A DNA stretch of 64,000 nucleotides, from positions 838,854-902,853 of the forward strand of contig CBDESR010000005.1 in the NCBI GenBank assembly GCA_965242615.1, in the 5' to 3' direction. A program made the translations under genes and the position numbers. The notes beneath the pieces were generated by a model that ran no database searches, was not told where the DNA came from, and saw only the letters and a list, made by a program, of their open reading frames with translations. Position 1 is the stretch's first letter. Every line of letters starts with the position of its first letter. This DNA is from Dehalococcoidia bacterium (GTDB lineage Bacteria; Chloroflexota; Dehalococcoidia; Lucifugimonadales; UBA3495). Positions 15,751 through 23,359 of this stretch are shown one piece after another.

Positions 15751-16599
15751 CTATGGCTCCGTCTGGCGTTGCAGCGAGGCGATGTCCTCCTGGATTTGCT
15801 CCAGGGCCGCCGCGTGTCCGGCGGCTGAGGAGACCAGGGCGCGGGAGAATAAATCCACGAGCAAGGGGTTAGGGGAGTAGTCAACCCAGCCACCGGTGAC
15901 GCTGTCGAAGTAGGGCAAGCCGTTGCGGGTATGCGTCCACAAGCCGCGCTGCAAAGCGTTGGCGGTAGGGCCGCCATAACGGACTTCGCAGATATAGCGG
16001 TCGGCGGCGTCATAAAAACGATAGACCGGGTGGCGGCGGCCGGAACCGGCGGCCAGTCGGGTGATACGAGCCGTTTCACTAATGGCCCGCGCGTAGTCGA
16101 ATACCAGAATGTTGCAACGCTGCCGGGGTTCATCATAAATCAGCGGCAACACGTTGATGTTGCGAAATTCGGCAAAAACGGGGTCGGCTAGTACCCGCTG
16201 CACGGCGGGTTGTCCGCGCACTTCAGCTCCTTCCCGTTCCAGCCGGGGAAACATACCGAAGGTTTTGTCGGTGGAAAGCTGCAAGGGCCCGTCGCCGTAG
16301 GCTTTCAGACTGACCGGGAACTGGGCTTGGGTAATCTCGTTGATTACCGTAATATCCTCCTCGCGGGTTTTGGCCCGGTAGAGGTCTTTGCCGACGTGGA
16401 TGGAGCGAAAGTCGTACATATACTGGTTAATGAACTCGGCAATGGCGATCTCGGCCAAGTCGCCGTGGGTTTTGTTCCCGATAAGGCGCATGGTAAAGAT
16501 GTTGCTGAGGGTAGTGGCGATGAGGGCCGGGTTTTTGCTGACCAGGAGTTTCAGGCGGTTGACAAAGTCCCGGTAAGGGTTGGCGTTGTCGATGGCCAT
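15751..16599 (-). CDS. Putative type II restriction endonuclease (partner of the Dam-like methyltransferase)
   Basis: ORF trimmed to ATG 16599 (GGGAG RBS), 282 aa. No family recognised. Called from the tight operon context with the methyltransferase, the locally lower GC, and a possible D...E/S-x-K (EEDITVINEI...PVSLKAYG). Confidence 0.5.
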   Translation of the reverse strand: MAIDNANPYRDFVNRLKLLVSKNPALIATTLSNIFTMRLIGNKTHGDLAEIAIAEFINQYMYDFRSIHVGKDLYRAKTREEDITVINEITQAQFPVSLKAYGDGPLQLSTDKTFGMFPRLEREGAEVRGQPAVQRVLADPVFAEFRNINVLPLIYDEPRQRCNILVFDYARAISETARITRLAAGSGRRHPVYRFYDAADRYICEVRYGGPTANALQRGLWTHTRNGLPYFDSVTGGWVDYSPNPLLVDLFSRALVSSAAGHAAALEQIQEDIASLQRQTEP

Positions 16600-16609
16600 A
16601 GCGGTCTCC

Positions 16610-17002
16610 CTACTCCCCGGCGGCGTACATTGCGAGCATTTGGGTGATGAAGGTTTGACCCTTTTGCCAGGACAAAGTGAACTCGGTCGGATTGAGATTG
16701 ATTTGGTCGGCGTGGATGTGGAGCTTTGCGACGGTGTACCAGTCACGGGACAGGTTGGCGGCTTCCGGGTTACTTTCCCCAATGGCAATAAGGAATTCCC
16801 GTTTGGAGAGCGTGGATGCCGGGTTGACGCCGCGCTGATTGGCTACGGCGTTGATGCACTGCTTGGCAGCGGCGTAGAGGAGTTCGCCGGCGGCTTCCGG
16901 GGCGTTTTCCCGCGTCAGCAGCAAATCGGCCAGCCGCCGGCATTCCCGGGCTTGGGCAAGGTGCCGGGCGGCCTTTTCCCGGCCCGGCCGGTTAGAACTC
17001 AC
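16610..17002 (-). CDS. PaREP1/HEPN-superfamily-like helical protein B (hypothetical)
   Basis: Proposed GTG 17002 overlaps the end of the upstream gene (GGTGAGTTCTAA). Sequence ...AAGELLYAAAKQCINAVANQRGVNP...DWYTVAKLHIHADQINL resembles the PaREP1 pattern. The start is uncertain. Confidence 0.4.
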   Translation of the reverse strand: MSSNRPGREKAARHLAQARECRRLADLLLTRENAPEAAGELLYAAAKQCINAVANQRGVNPASTLSKREFLIAIGESNPEAANLSRDWYTVAKLHIHADQINLNPTEFTLSWQKGQTFITQMLAMYAAGE

Positions 17003-17345
17003 CGTGCTGCTCCACGACGAACCGGCGAATGTCCGAGTAGGCGGCTTTTGCCATGCAGGGATCCAGTGCGTCCAGCTCGGCGTGGTCGCGCAGCAACTGG
17101 CCGGCGCCGAGGCCGGAACTGTAGTAGCCTTTGCGGACGGAACCGTCGGCTTCCAGGGTTTTTGCCAAGTCAATGAGGTCGTCCGTGTAGGGCAAACCCC
17201 GCTCCTCGGCCAAGCCTATAAAGGTAGCCCGGATGGACTGCCACAGCAGACCGGCGGCGGCCCGGTGATTGCCGAAAGCCATTTCCTTATCGGCGCGGGT
17301 CGCGTACTCCAGGGGCGTCAGTTCCACAGCCGGCTCCGTTGCCAT
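16992..17345 (-). CDS. PaREP1/HEPN-superfamily-like helical protein A (hypothetical)
   Basis: 117 aa with an ATG start. Sequence ...AAAGLLWQSIRATFIGLAEERGLPYT...QLLRDHAELDALD. Distant paralog of the next gene. No canonical Rx4-6H motif. Confidence 0.5.
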   Translation of the reverse strand: MATEPAVELTPLEYATRADKEMAFGNHRAAAGLLWQSIRATFIGLAEERGLPYTDDLIDLAKTLEADGSVRKGYYSSGLGAGQLLRDHAELDALDPCMAKAAYSDIRRFVVEQHGEF

Positions 17346-17382
17346 TGTCTTGCTCCTTTCCCGTTTTGCTGGGGACAGTATA

Positions 17383-19656
17383 TCATCCCTGATTAGCCAA
17401 GGCCCGCAGCACCCGATCCGGCGTTATCGGCAGTTCCGTCAATCGCAAGCCCACCGCGTCATGGACGGCGTTGGCGATGGCGGGGGCGACGCCGGGGCAG
17501 GGGACTTCGCCCAAGCCTTTGGCGCCCATGGGGCCGACCGGGTCGACGGTGTCGGCAAAGATTACCTGGAGGTCGGGGTAGTCCATAATCGTCGGGCTTT
17601 TATGCTCCAGGTAGCTGGCGTTGAGGGTTACGCCGGTGGGGCCGTCGGTGACCAGTTCCTCGGACAGGGCAAAGCCCAACATCTGGGAAACGGCGCCCTC
17701 GACCTGGTTCAATGCCATTTGGGGGTTCATTATGCGGCCGGAGTCCTGGGCGGCGACATAGCGGATAACCCGCACCCGGCCGGTGTCGGTATCTACTTCC
17801 ACTTCGGCAAAGTGCGCGCCAAAGGAGTTGACGATGTAGTCGGCGCTGCCCGGGGTTTCAATGGTAACTTCCTCGGTGATGGCGTCGGCGTCCATCCGGG
17901 CGGCCACATCGGTCAATGCCATACTGCGCTCCGGGTCGGTGGTTACATAGACCCGGCCGTCGCGGATGTCGAGCTGGGTTGCCGGGGCTTCGAGGCCGTC
18001 GGCCGCCAGGTCGAGGAGTTGGCGGCGGACTTCTAGGGCGGCTGGCACCAGGGCGCTGCCGGTGGAAAAGGTGGCGGTGGAGCCGGCGGTGATGGGGGCG
18101 TCCGGGGTGGCGGCGGAGTCGCCAAAGATGGCGGCAATGTCGGCGGCGTGGACGCCGAGGATTTCGGCGGCCATTTGGGGCAGGACGGTGGTCGCCCCTT
18201 CGCCCACATCCATCAGGCCGCTGAGCAGGGAGATTTGGCCGGTTTTAGCCACGCTGACGGCGGCGGCGGAAGTGGAGCCGGGGCCGCCGCGGTAAATCAT
18301 CATACTCATCCCTTTGCCGCGTTTCTTGGTCGGGTCGGCGGGCTGCGTCAAGGGTTCAGACCAGCCAAAGGCGGCGGCGCCGCGGGTTAGACATTCCTCG
18401 AGTCCGTTGCTGGAAAAGGGGATGCCGCCCTCGATGGGCTGGCTGTCGATGACCTGCTCCGGGGGGGAAAGGCGGGGGCCGGGCTGACCCTCCGGCGGCA
18501 CCCGGTTTTTCAGGCGGAACTCGAGGGAATCCATTCCCAACTCAGCGGCGATGCGCTCCATCAGGGTCTCCAGGGCGAAGTGGCCCTGGGGCGCGCCTAA
18601 TGCCCGGTAGGAGCCGGCGGCCGGGCAGTTGGTATAAGCCAGCCAGGATTCGTAGCGGACATTGGGGCAGTGGTAGAGGTAGATGATGCCTTGGCCGGCG
18701 CGGCGGGCGACGCCGGCGCCGGAGGCGGCGTAAGCGCCGGTGTTGAGGGTGGAAACGCCGTGAATGGCGGTGATGGTACCGTCCCGCTTAACGCCGACTT
18801 TCAGTTGGATGCGGCCGGCGTGGCGGGTGCGGCCGGCGATGAATTCATCCTCCCGGGAGTATTCAATTCGTACCGGGCGGTTGGCTTGGCGGGACAACAA
18901 AGCGGCAAGGGCAGCCATCCGGGATTCGTCCTTGTTGCCAAAGCCGCCGCCGAGAAAGGGGCCGATAATCTGCACTTGGCTGGGCAATAGGTCGAGGCAT
19001 TGGGCCAGGGCGATTTGGTCCACATGGACGCCCCGGGTGGATTTCCAGACGGTCAAGTTGCCGTGAACATCCCAAGAAGCCAGGGCGGCCCGGGGTTCCA
19101 TGGGGGTAGCCGAGTGGCAGGCAATCTGATAGGTTTCGGTCATTACCAGGTCGGCGGCGGCAAAGCCCTGCTCGACATCGCCGCGGCCAATGGACAGGGG
19201 CGGGTTGATGGCTAAATTGCCGCCGGGATGGATGGGGTAGGCGTCGGGGGCCAAGGCGGCGTCCGGGTCGGTGTAAAAGGGCAGGGTTTCGTATTCCACT
19301 TGGATGAGGGAAGCGGCGTAGCGGGCGGTGTCGGCGTCAACAGCGGCGATGGCGGCCACTTCATCGCCGACAAAGCGGACGCGGGTGTCCAGGGGCAAGG
19401 TGTCTCCGGCAATGGGGGACACCGGCCGGCGGGGGCTGTTAAAGGGGGTGAGGATGGCCAGGACGCCGTCCACTTGGGCCGCGGCGTCAGTGTCCATGCG
19501 GAGGATGTGGGCGTGAGGGTGGGGGCTGCGGAGGATGTGGCCGTGGAGCATTCCGGGGAGTTTGAGGTCGGCGGAATACTTGGCGCTGCCGGTAAGTTTT
19601 TCGGGAAAGTCGCGGCGGGGGACGCTGTGGCCGACGACGGATAGGGTGGTGGTCAT
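17383..19656 (-). CDS. Xanthine dehydrogenase/aldehyde oxidase family molybdopterin-binding (large) subunit
   Basis: ORF trimmed to ATG 19656 (AAGGAG RBS), 757 aa. Sequence VGHSVPRRDFPEKLTGSAKY..., GGGFGNK, and the long Ald_Xan_dh_C2-type body. Confidence 0.85.
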   Translation of the reverse strand: MTTTLSVVGHSVPRRDFPEKLTGSAKYSADLKLPGMLHGHILRSPHPHAHILRMDTDAAAQVDGVLAILTPFNSPRRPVSPIAGDTLPLDTRVRFVGDEVAAIAAVDADTARYAASLIQVEYETLPFYTDPDAALAPDAYPIHPGGNLAINPPLSIGRGDVEQGFAAADLVMTETYQIACHSATPMEPRAALASWDVHGNLTVWKSTRGVHVDQIALAQCLDLLPSQVQIIGPFLGGGFGNKDESRMAALAALLSRQANRPVRIEYSREDEFIAGRTRHAGRIQLKVGVKRDGTITAIHGVSTLNTGAYAASGAGVARRAGQGIIYLYHCPNVRYESWLAYTNCPAAGSYRALGAPQGHFALETLMERIAAELGMDSLEFRLKNRVPPEGQPGPRLSPPEQVIDSQPIEGGIPFSSNGLEECLTRGAAAFGWSEPLTQPADPTKKRGKGMSMMIYRGGPGSTSAAAVSVAKTGQISLLSGLMDVGEGATTVLPQMAAEILGVHAADIAAIFGDSAATPDAPITAGSTATFSTGSALVPAALEVRRQLLDLAADGLEAPATQLDIRDGRVYVTTDPERSMALTDVAARMDADAITEEVTIETPGSADYIVNSFGAHFAEVEVDTDTGRVRVIRYVAAQDSGRIMNPQMALNQVEGAVSQMLGFALSEELVTDGPTGVTLNASYLEHKSPTIMDYPDLQVIFADTVDPVGPMGAKGLGEVPCPGVAPAIANAVHDAVGLRLTELPITPDRVLRALANQG

Positions 19657-19752
19657 AATGGGGGGACTCCTTTTTAAGGAGAGTTTTAGAGGAAGCGGCG
19701 CAGTAACAGTCGACGCTGACAAGTTGCCGGGGTTGACGGCAAGGGTAGCCGT

Positions 19753-20181
19753 TTATTGCTCTTTGCCGGCCCAGCGGATAATTTCCGCGCCCAGCCATTG
19801 CCAGCCGGCGGCGTACAGGGTCAAATCCTGTTCGGCAGCGGCGGTGGTGGACAAATCCAAGCGATGCCACCAGCCTTGCTGGGTTGCCAAGTCAATCTCG
19901 AGGCTGATGTCCTGGCTGCCGTAAGACCATTCCATTTGTATGCCGCCTTCCGGGGTGGGGTAGGTGTAAGGCAAGGGGGCGTCTTGCGGGTAGTGGCGGG
20001 TGAAGGCGGCGGCCAGCCAGTCGAGGCCGGCAGGGCTGGGGGCTTTGCCGTAGCCGCTGCCCCAATCGCCAGCGTACTGCATACCATCGGCCCAACCGTC
20101 GCGCAGGGCGCGGAACTCGTCGAGGCGGGTGGGGACATCCAGGGGGTGGAGGGACTTTTCGGTTTGCGGCGGGGTTGCCAT
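19753..20181 (-). CDS. Hypothetical protein (142 aa)
   Basis: ATG 20181 with GAGGAA RBS. Sequence ...LDEFRALRDGWADG...PTPEGGIQMEWSYGSQDISLEIDL... looks like a small immunity-protein-like fold I cannot name. Confidence 0.55.
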   Translation of the reverse strand: MATPPQTEKSLHPLDVPTRLDEFRALRDGWADGMQYAGDWGSGYGKAPSPAGLDWLAAAFTRHYPQDAPLPYTYPTPEGGIQMEWSYGSQDISLEIDLATQQGWWHRLDLSTTAAAEQDLTLYAAGWQWLGAEIIRWAGKEQ

Positions 20182-20297
20182 GGGGGTTCCTCACGGTTGC
20201 AGCGCTGTTGGGGAATATAGCATATCGGGCGGGCGGGTGGCAATGGGGGGGAGTTAGACGATTAGCGGCCGCCCCTGCCGGTTGGCGGGATGAGGGT

Positions 20298-21212
20298 TCA
20301 GGATTCGGACGGTGGGGCGGGTTCGGGGTCAAGCAGTTTCCCATCCCTTTCCAGCTCCAATACTTCCCGATAGAACGGCAAGGTATCGTGGATGAAAGCG
20401 GCGGCTTCATCCCAATTTTCCCGTTCGCTAATGTTGATCTCCAAATCCTGCGGCCAATCCGAATCTCGGCCGCGCTCCGCCAAAGCATACCAGCAACGGT
20501 CTCGGCTCTGCTCGGACTCCTCGTTGCTGGGATTGCGGGGGCGTATGTATATGCCCACCTTGCTTGCCGACGGTTGAAGGTATATGCGCGTTTGCACATT
20601 CCCTATCGGGAGGAAAACGGTGTGAGAGCGATGGCTCTGCTGCGGCAGGTCATCGGGATAATTCTTTTGATAGAACTCCCAAAAGTCGTGGAAAAACTTT
20701 GGCCACCCGGTCAATTCCAGAGCTTCGCTCTCGACACGTACCCGCCTGTCCCAGTCGTTGGGCTTTTCCAGCACCTCAAAAAGCGGCGCCAGAGCAGAAT
20801 CCCCGATTTGAACGACTTTCACTTGCACGGCAAAGAAGTCAAAGGGGGCAACGGTATGGTCATTCAGCCAGCGGAGGGCCGACAGATGGGGGTTGGCGAA
20901 ATTCCGGGCAATCCAGATGATGGTATGGGCTTCCGTGCCGGCCAAGTAAGTGAGAACCTGTCCCAAATGGGTGTGGTCGGTCCACTCCAGTTGGTTCTCA
21001 ATCAAAACCAAGCTATAGTCAGAGAGGTCGCGGGCCACGATGTCGGCAGAGAACTGCTCCACGGACATTTCGGTTCCGACCAACTCCATCGGGATGCCAA
21101 TGACTTGGGACAACTTGTCCAGGTTTTCGGCAAGCCAAGGCGTGAAGTTGTTGGCTTCGTGCGGCCAAGCCGACCGCAGGCTGACTTCTTTAAGTTCGCC
21201 AAACTCTGCCAT
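20298..21212 (-). CDS. PD-(D/E)XK nuclease-like protein with DUF4268-like C-terminal domain
   Basis: ORF trimmed to ATG 21212 (AGAGGTG RBS), 304 aa. Sequence ...FSADIVARDLSDYSLVLIENQLEWTDHTHLGQVLTYLAG... has the NucS/DUF91-type nuclease core. GC is lower than in the flanks. Confidence 0.6.
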   Translation of the reverse strand: MAEFGELKEVSLRSAWPHEANNFTPWLAENLDKLSQVIGIPMELVGTEMSVEQFSADIVARDLSDYSLVLIENQLEWTDHTHLGQVLTYLAGTEAHTIIWIARNFANPHLSALRWLNDHTVAPFDFFAVQVKVVQIGDSALAPLFEVLEKPNDWDRRVRVESEALELTGWPKFFHDFWEFYQKNYPDDLPQQSHRSHTVFLPIGNVQTRIYLQPSASKVGIYIRPRNPSNEESEQSRDRCWYALAERGRDSDWPQDLEINISERENWDEAAAFIHDTLPFYREVLELERDGKLLDPEPAPPSES

Positions 21213-21253
21213 AATGGTTGCACCTCTTGGATTCGGGTGGTCGGGAGATGGGG

Positions 21254-21634
21254 TTAGGGGCTGGCGGGGGCGGGTTGGGGGAGGAGGTCGCGGAGGTCGA
21301 TGTCTAGTTTTTGGTGGAGGGCGTCGGCGATTTGGGGGGTGATTTCTTGTTGGCCGGCGAGGATGGCGGCGGCTTGTTCTTTGCCGCCGAGGGCCGGGGC
21401 CAGGTCGTCGAGGGTGAGGTTCCGTTGGTCGATCCAGAATTCGAGGGCGCCCAAGGGGGTGGGCAGGGGGATGGGGTAGTGGATGTCCTCGTAGGCTTCG
21501 ACGATTTCGGACAGGGCCCGCAGTTCGTCGCTTTCCGGGGTGCCGGGTTTGGAGTGGAAGAGTTCCCAGATGCGGGCCAGGGCGCGGTCGAGTTCGTCGT
21601 CGTTTTCGAGGGGTGGGAGTTGGATTTTGGCCAT
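21254..21634 (-). CDS. higA: HigA-family antitoxin (HTH, COG5499-like)
   Basis: 126 aa. Sequence NDDELDRALARIWELFHSKPGTPESDELRALSEIVEAYEDIHYPI...LEFWIDQRNLTLDDLAPALGGKEQAAAILAGQQEIT. Starts 2 nt after the higB stop. Confidence 0.8.
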   Translation of the reverse strand: MAKIQLPPLENDDELDRALARIWELFHSKPGTPESDELRALSEIVEAYEDIHYPIPLPTPLGALEFWIDQRNLTLDDLAPALGGKEQAAAILAGQQEITPQIADALHQKLDIDLRDLLPQPAPASP

Positions 21635-21636
21635 GG

Positions 21637-21930
21637 TTAGACCTCCAGGGCGTTGATGCGGTCGTACTGGGCGTGGGTGCCGATGAAGCGGATATAAACC
21701 GCTCCGTTGTCGTAGTCAATTTCTACGACCAGGCGGTACTGGTTGCCTTTGATGTTAAAGATTACCCGGTTGTTCCGGAGGATGCGGGCGTCGGCGTAGT
21801 GGGAGCGTACTTCGGCCGGGGTCGTCCAACGGGCCCGCTTGACGGTGCGGTGCCATTGGTCGAGGGCGGCTTCGGCGTCCCGGTGGCGCTGCCAGAATTC
21901 GCGGAGGGTTCGTTTGGAGTAGATGTGCAT
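21637..21930 (-). CDS. higB: HigB-family type II toxin (mRNA interferase)
   Basis: 97 aa. Sequence MHIYSKRTLREFWQRHRDAEAALDQWHRTVKRARW...VIFNIKGNQYRLVVEIDYDNGAVYIRFIGTHAQYDRI matches the HigB_toxin pattern. Confidence 0.85.
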   Translation of the reverse strand: MHIYSKRTLREFWQRHRDAEAALDQWHRTVKRARWTTPAEVRSHYADARILRNNRVIFNIKGNQYRLVVEIDYDNGAVYIRFIGTHAQYDRINALEV

Positions 21931-21992
21931 AGGCTCCGGTTAAGGGGTTCCGGGTTGGGGGGGATTATACTACAAATTACCCGGCGGGGGGA

Positions 21993-23198
21993 TTAGGGTT
22001 GCGGCGGGGGTTCGGGCGGTTTCGAGGGGGTGGGGAGGTGGCCCCAGGGGACGGGGGGGAGGTGGTGGTTTTGGCGGAGTTCGTTGATGGTGAGGACGCC
22101 GCGGTCTAGTAGCTGGATTTCCCGTTGGACGCGTTTGTTTTGGTCCTCTTGGAGGGCTTCGATGCTGGTGAGGTCGAAGTGGATTTTCAGGTTTGGGTAG
22201 CCGAGTTGGGGGAGGAGGTGGTGGTTGAGTTGTTCGGCGAGGAGGTGGAGTTGGGGGACGATGGTGTTGCGCCAGAAGATGCGTTCGGCGGCGTTGATGT
22301 TGGCGAAGGTGGCGCGTTCGAGGTCGGAGAGGAGGGGTTTGGGGACGCCGTAGGCGCGGGATACTTCTTCGAGGGACCAGCGGAGGGTTTGGATGAAGTC
22401 CATGTCGCGGTGGGTGATGCCGAGGGGTTTGATGTCTTTGATGAAGTTGGCGATGGCGGGGCGGCGGGCGTTTTGGGGGCCGCGGTGGCGGGTTTCCCAG
22501 CGGTGGTAGAAGTCGTTGATGTCTTGGTCGGTGAGTTGCTGGTCGGTGAGGAGGATGTAGTCGGGTTGGGCGGAGTTTTGGAGGAAGCTGCGGTTGTAGC
22601 GGAGGCCGTCGCGGGCCATTTCGACGGGGAGGCGGGCGGGGGCGAGGGGGGAGAGGCCGGCGTGGTCGTTGAGGGGGTTGTAGTTGCGGAGCCAGAGGAT
22701 TTGGTCGGGGGTGTAGGCGATGGGTTGGCCGCTGTGGGGGCTGCGGTAGAGGAAGCCCTGGATGTGGCGCTGGGGGTGGGGGAGGATGTGGATGCGGTCG
22801 GGGCGGAGGGGCCAGATTTGTTGTTGGCCGGTGGGGGTTTGGTCGATAAGCCAGAAGGCTTGGCCCCAGAGGTTGAGGTGGATTTCGGTGGCTTGCCAGA
22901 GTTGGCGGGGGGTGTACCAGGGGTTGGGGTGGTGGAGGAGTTGGTGGATGGGGTGGGTGGGGGGTATGGGGGTGGGGCTGCCGTTTTGGTTTTGGCGGTG
23001 GATTTGGATGGGGGGTCGGCTGATGGCGTCGGCGCGGAGTTTGATGGCGGCGTAGATGGCGACGGAGTTGGCGTAGTAGGGGCCGTAGTCGGGGTTGGCC
23101 CAGGGGGTGGCGGGGGCGGTGGGGTGGTAGTGGGTGGGGAGGGGGTTGGCGTTTTCGGGGGTGGTTTGTTTGCGGTGGAAGGGGTTGGGGAGTTTCAT
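21993..23198 (-). CDS. Phage portal protein (HK97-family-like)
   Basis: 401 aa, AAGGAG RBS. Sequence ...AIYAAIKLRADAISRPPIQIHRQN...HPIHQLLHHPNPWYTPRQLWQATEIHLNLWGQAFWLI... follows the portal pattern hPl..LL..PNp...GnAyw. Confidence 0.75.
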   Translation of the reverse strand: MKLPNPFHRKQTTPENANPLPTHYHPTAPATPWANPDYGPYYANSVAIYAAIKLRADAISRPPIQIHRQNQNGSPTPIPPTHPIHQLLHHPNPWYTPRQLWQATEIHLNLWGQAFWLIDQTPTGQQQIWPLRPDRIHILPHPQRHIQGFLYRSPHSGQPIAYTPDQILWLRNYNPLNDHAGLSPLAPARLPVEMARDGLRYNRSFLQNSAQPDYILLTDQQLTDQDINDFYHRWETRHRGPQNARRPAIANFIKDIKPLGITHRDMDFIQTLRWSLEEVSRAYGVPKPLLSDLERATFANINAAERIFWRNTIVPQLHLLAEQLNHHLLPQLGYPNLKIHFDLTSIEALQEDQNKRVQREIQLLDRGVLTINELRQNHHLPPVPWGHLPTPSKPPEPPPQP

Positions 23199-23270
23199 TG
23201 CGGTGGCTCCTTTTGGGGATTGGGGATGGCTGATTAGGGGGCGGGTTTGATGGTCGGGACGGTTCTATAA

Positions 23271-23316
23271 GGCGGGCATTTTAGATTCCTCGGCTATCGC
23301 CTCGGAATGACATGGG
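23271..23316. repeat. REP-B repeat copy
   Basis: ggcgggcattttagattcctcggctatcgcctcggaatgacatggg, located between the terminase and portal genes. Confidence 0.85.
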
Positions 23317-23359
23317 AGGCGGTTGGAATGACGGGGACGCTAGGGGCTGGTCTGGGTGG

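Noticed and set aside
16610-17345. Canonical HEPN RNase active site (Rx4-6H) in the two PaREP1-like proteins.
   Set aside because: The only R...H spacings seen (RDH, RDWYTVAKLH) do not fit the motif. They are therefore described as PaREP1-like or non-catalytic rather than as HEPN RNases.
13591-19656. A hidden [2Fe-2S] small-subunit gene or fused domain in the XDH-family locus.
   Set aside because: I scanned the translations of both subunits and the intervening ORFs for the CxxxxCxxC...C and CxxC ferredoxin-like patterns and found none. The absence is reported as part of a finding rather than as a feature.
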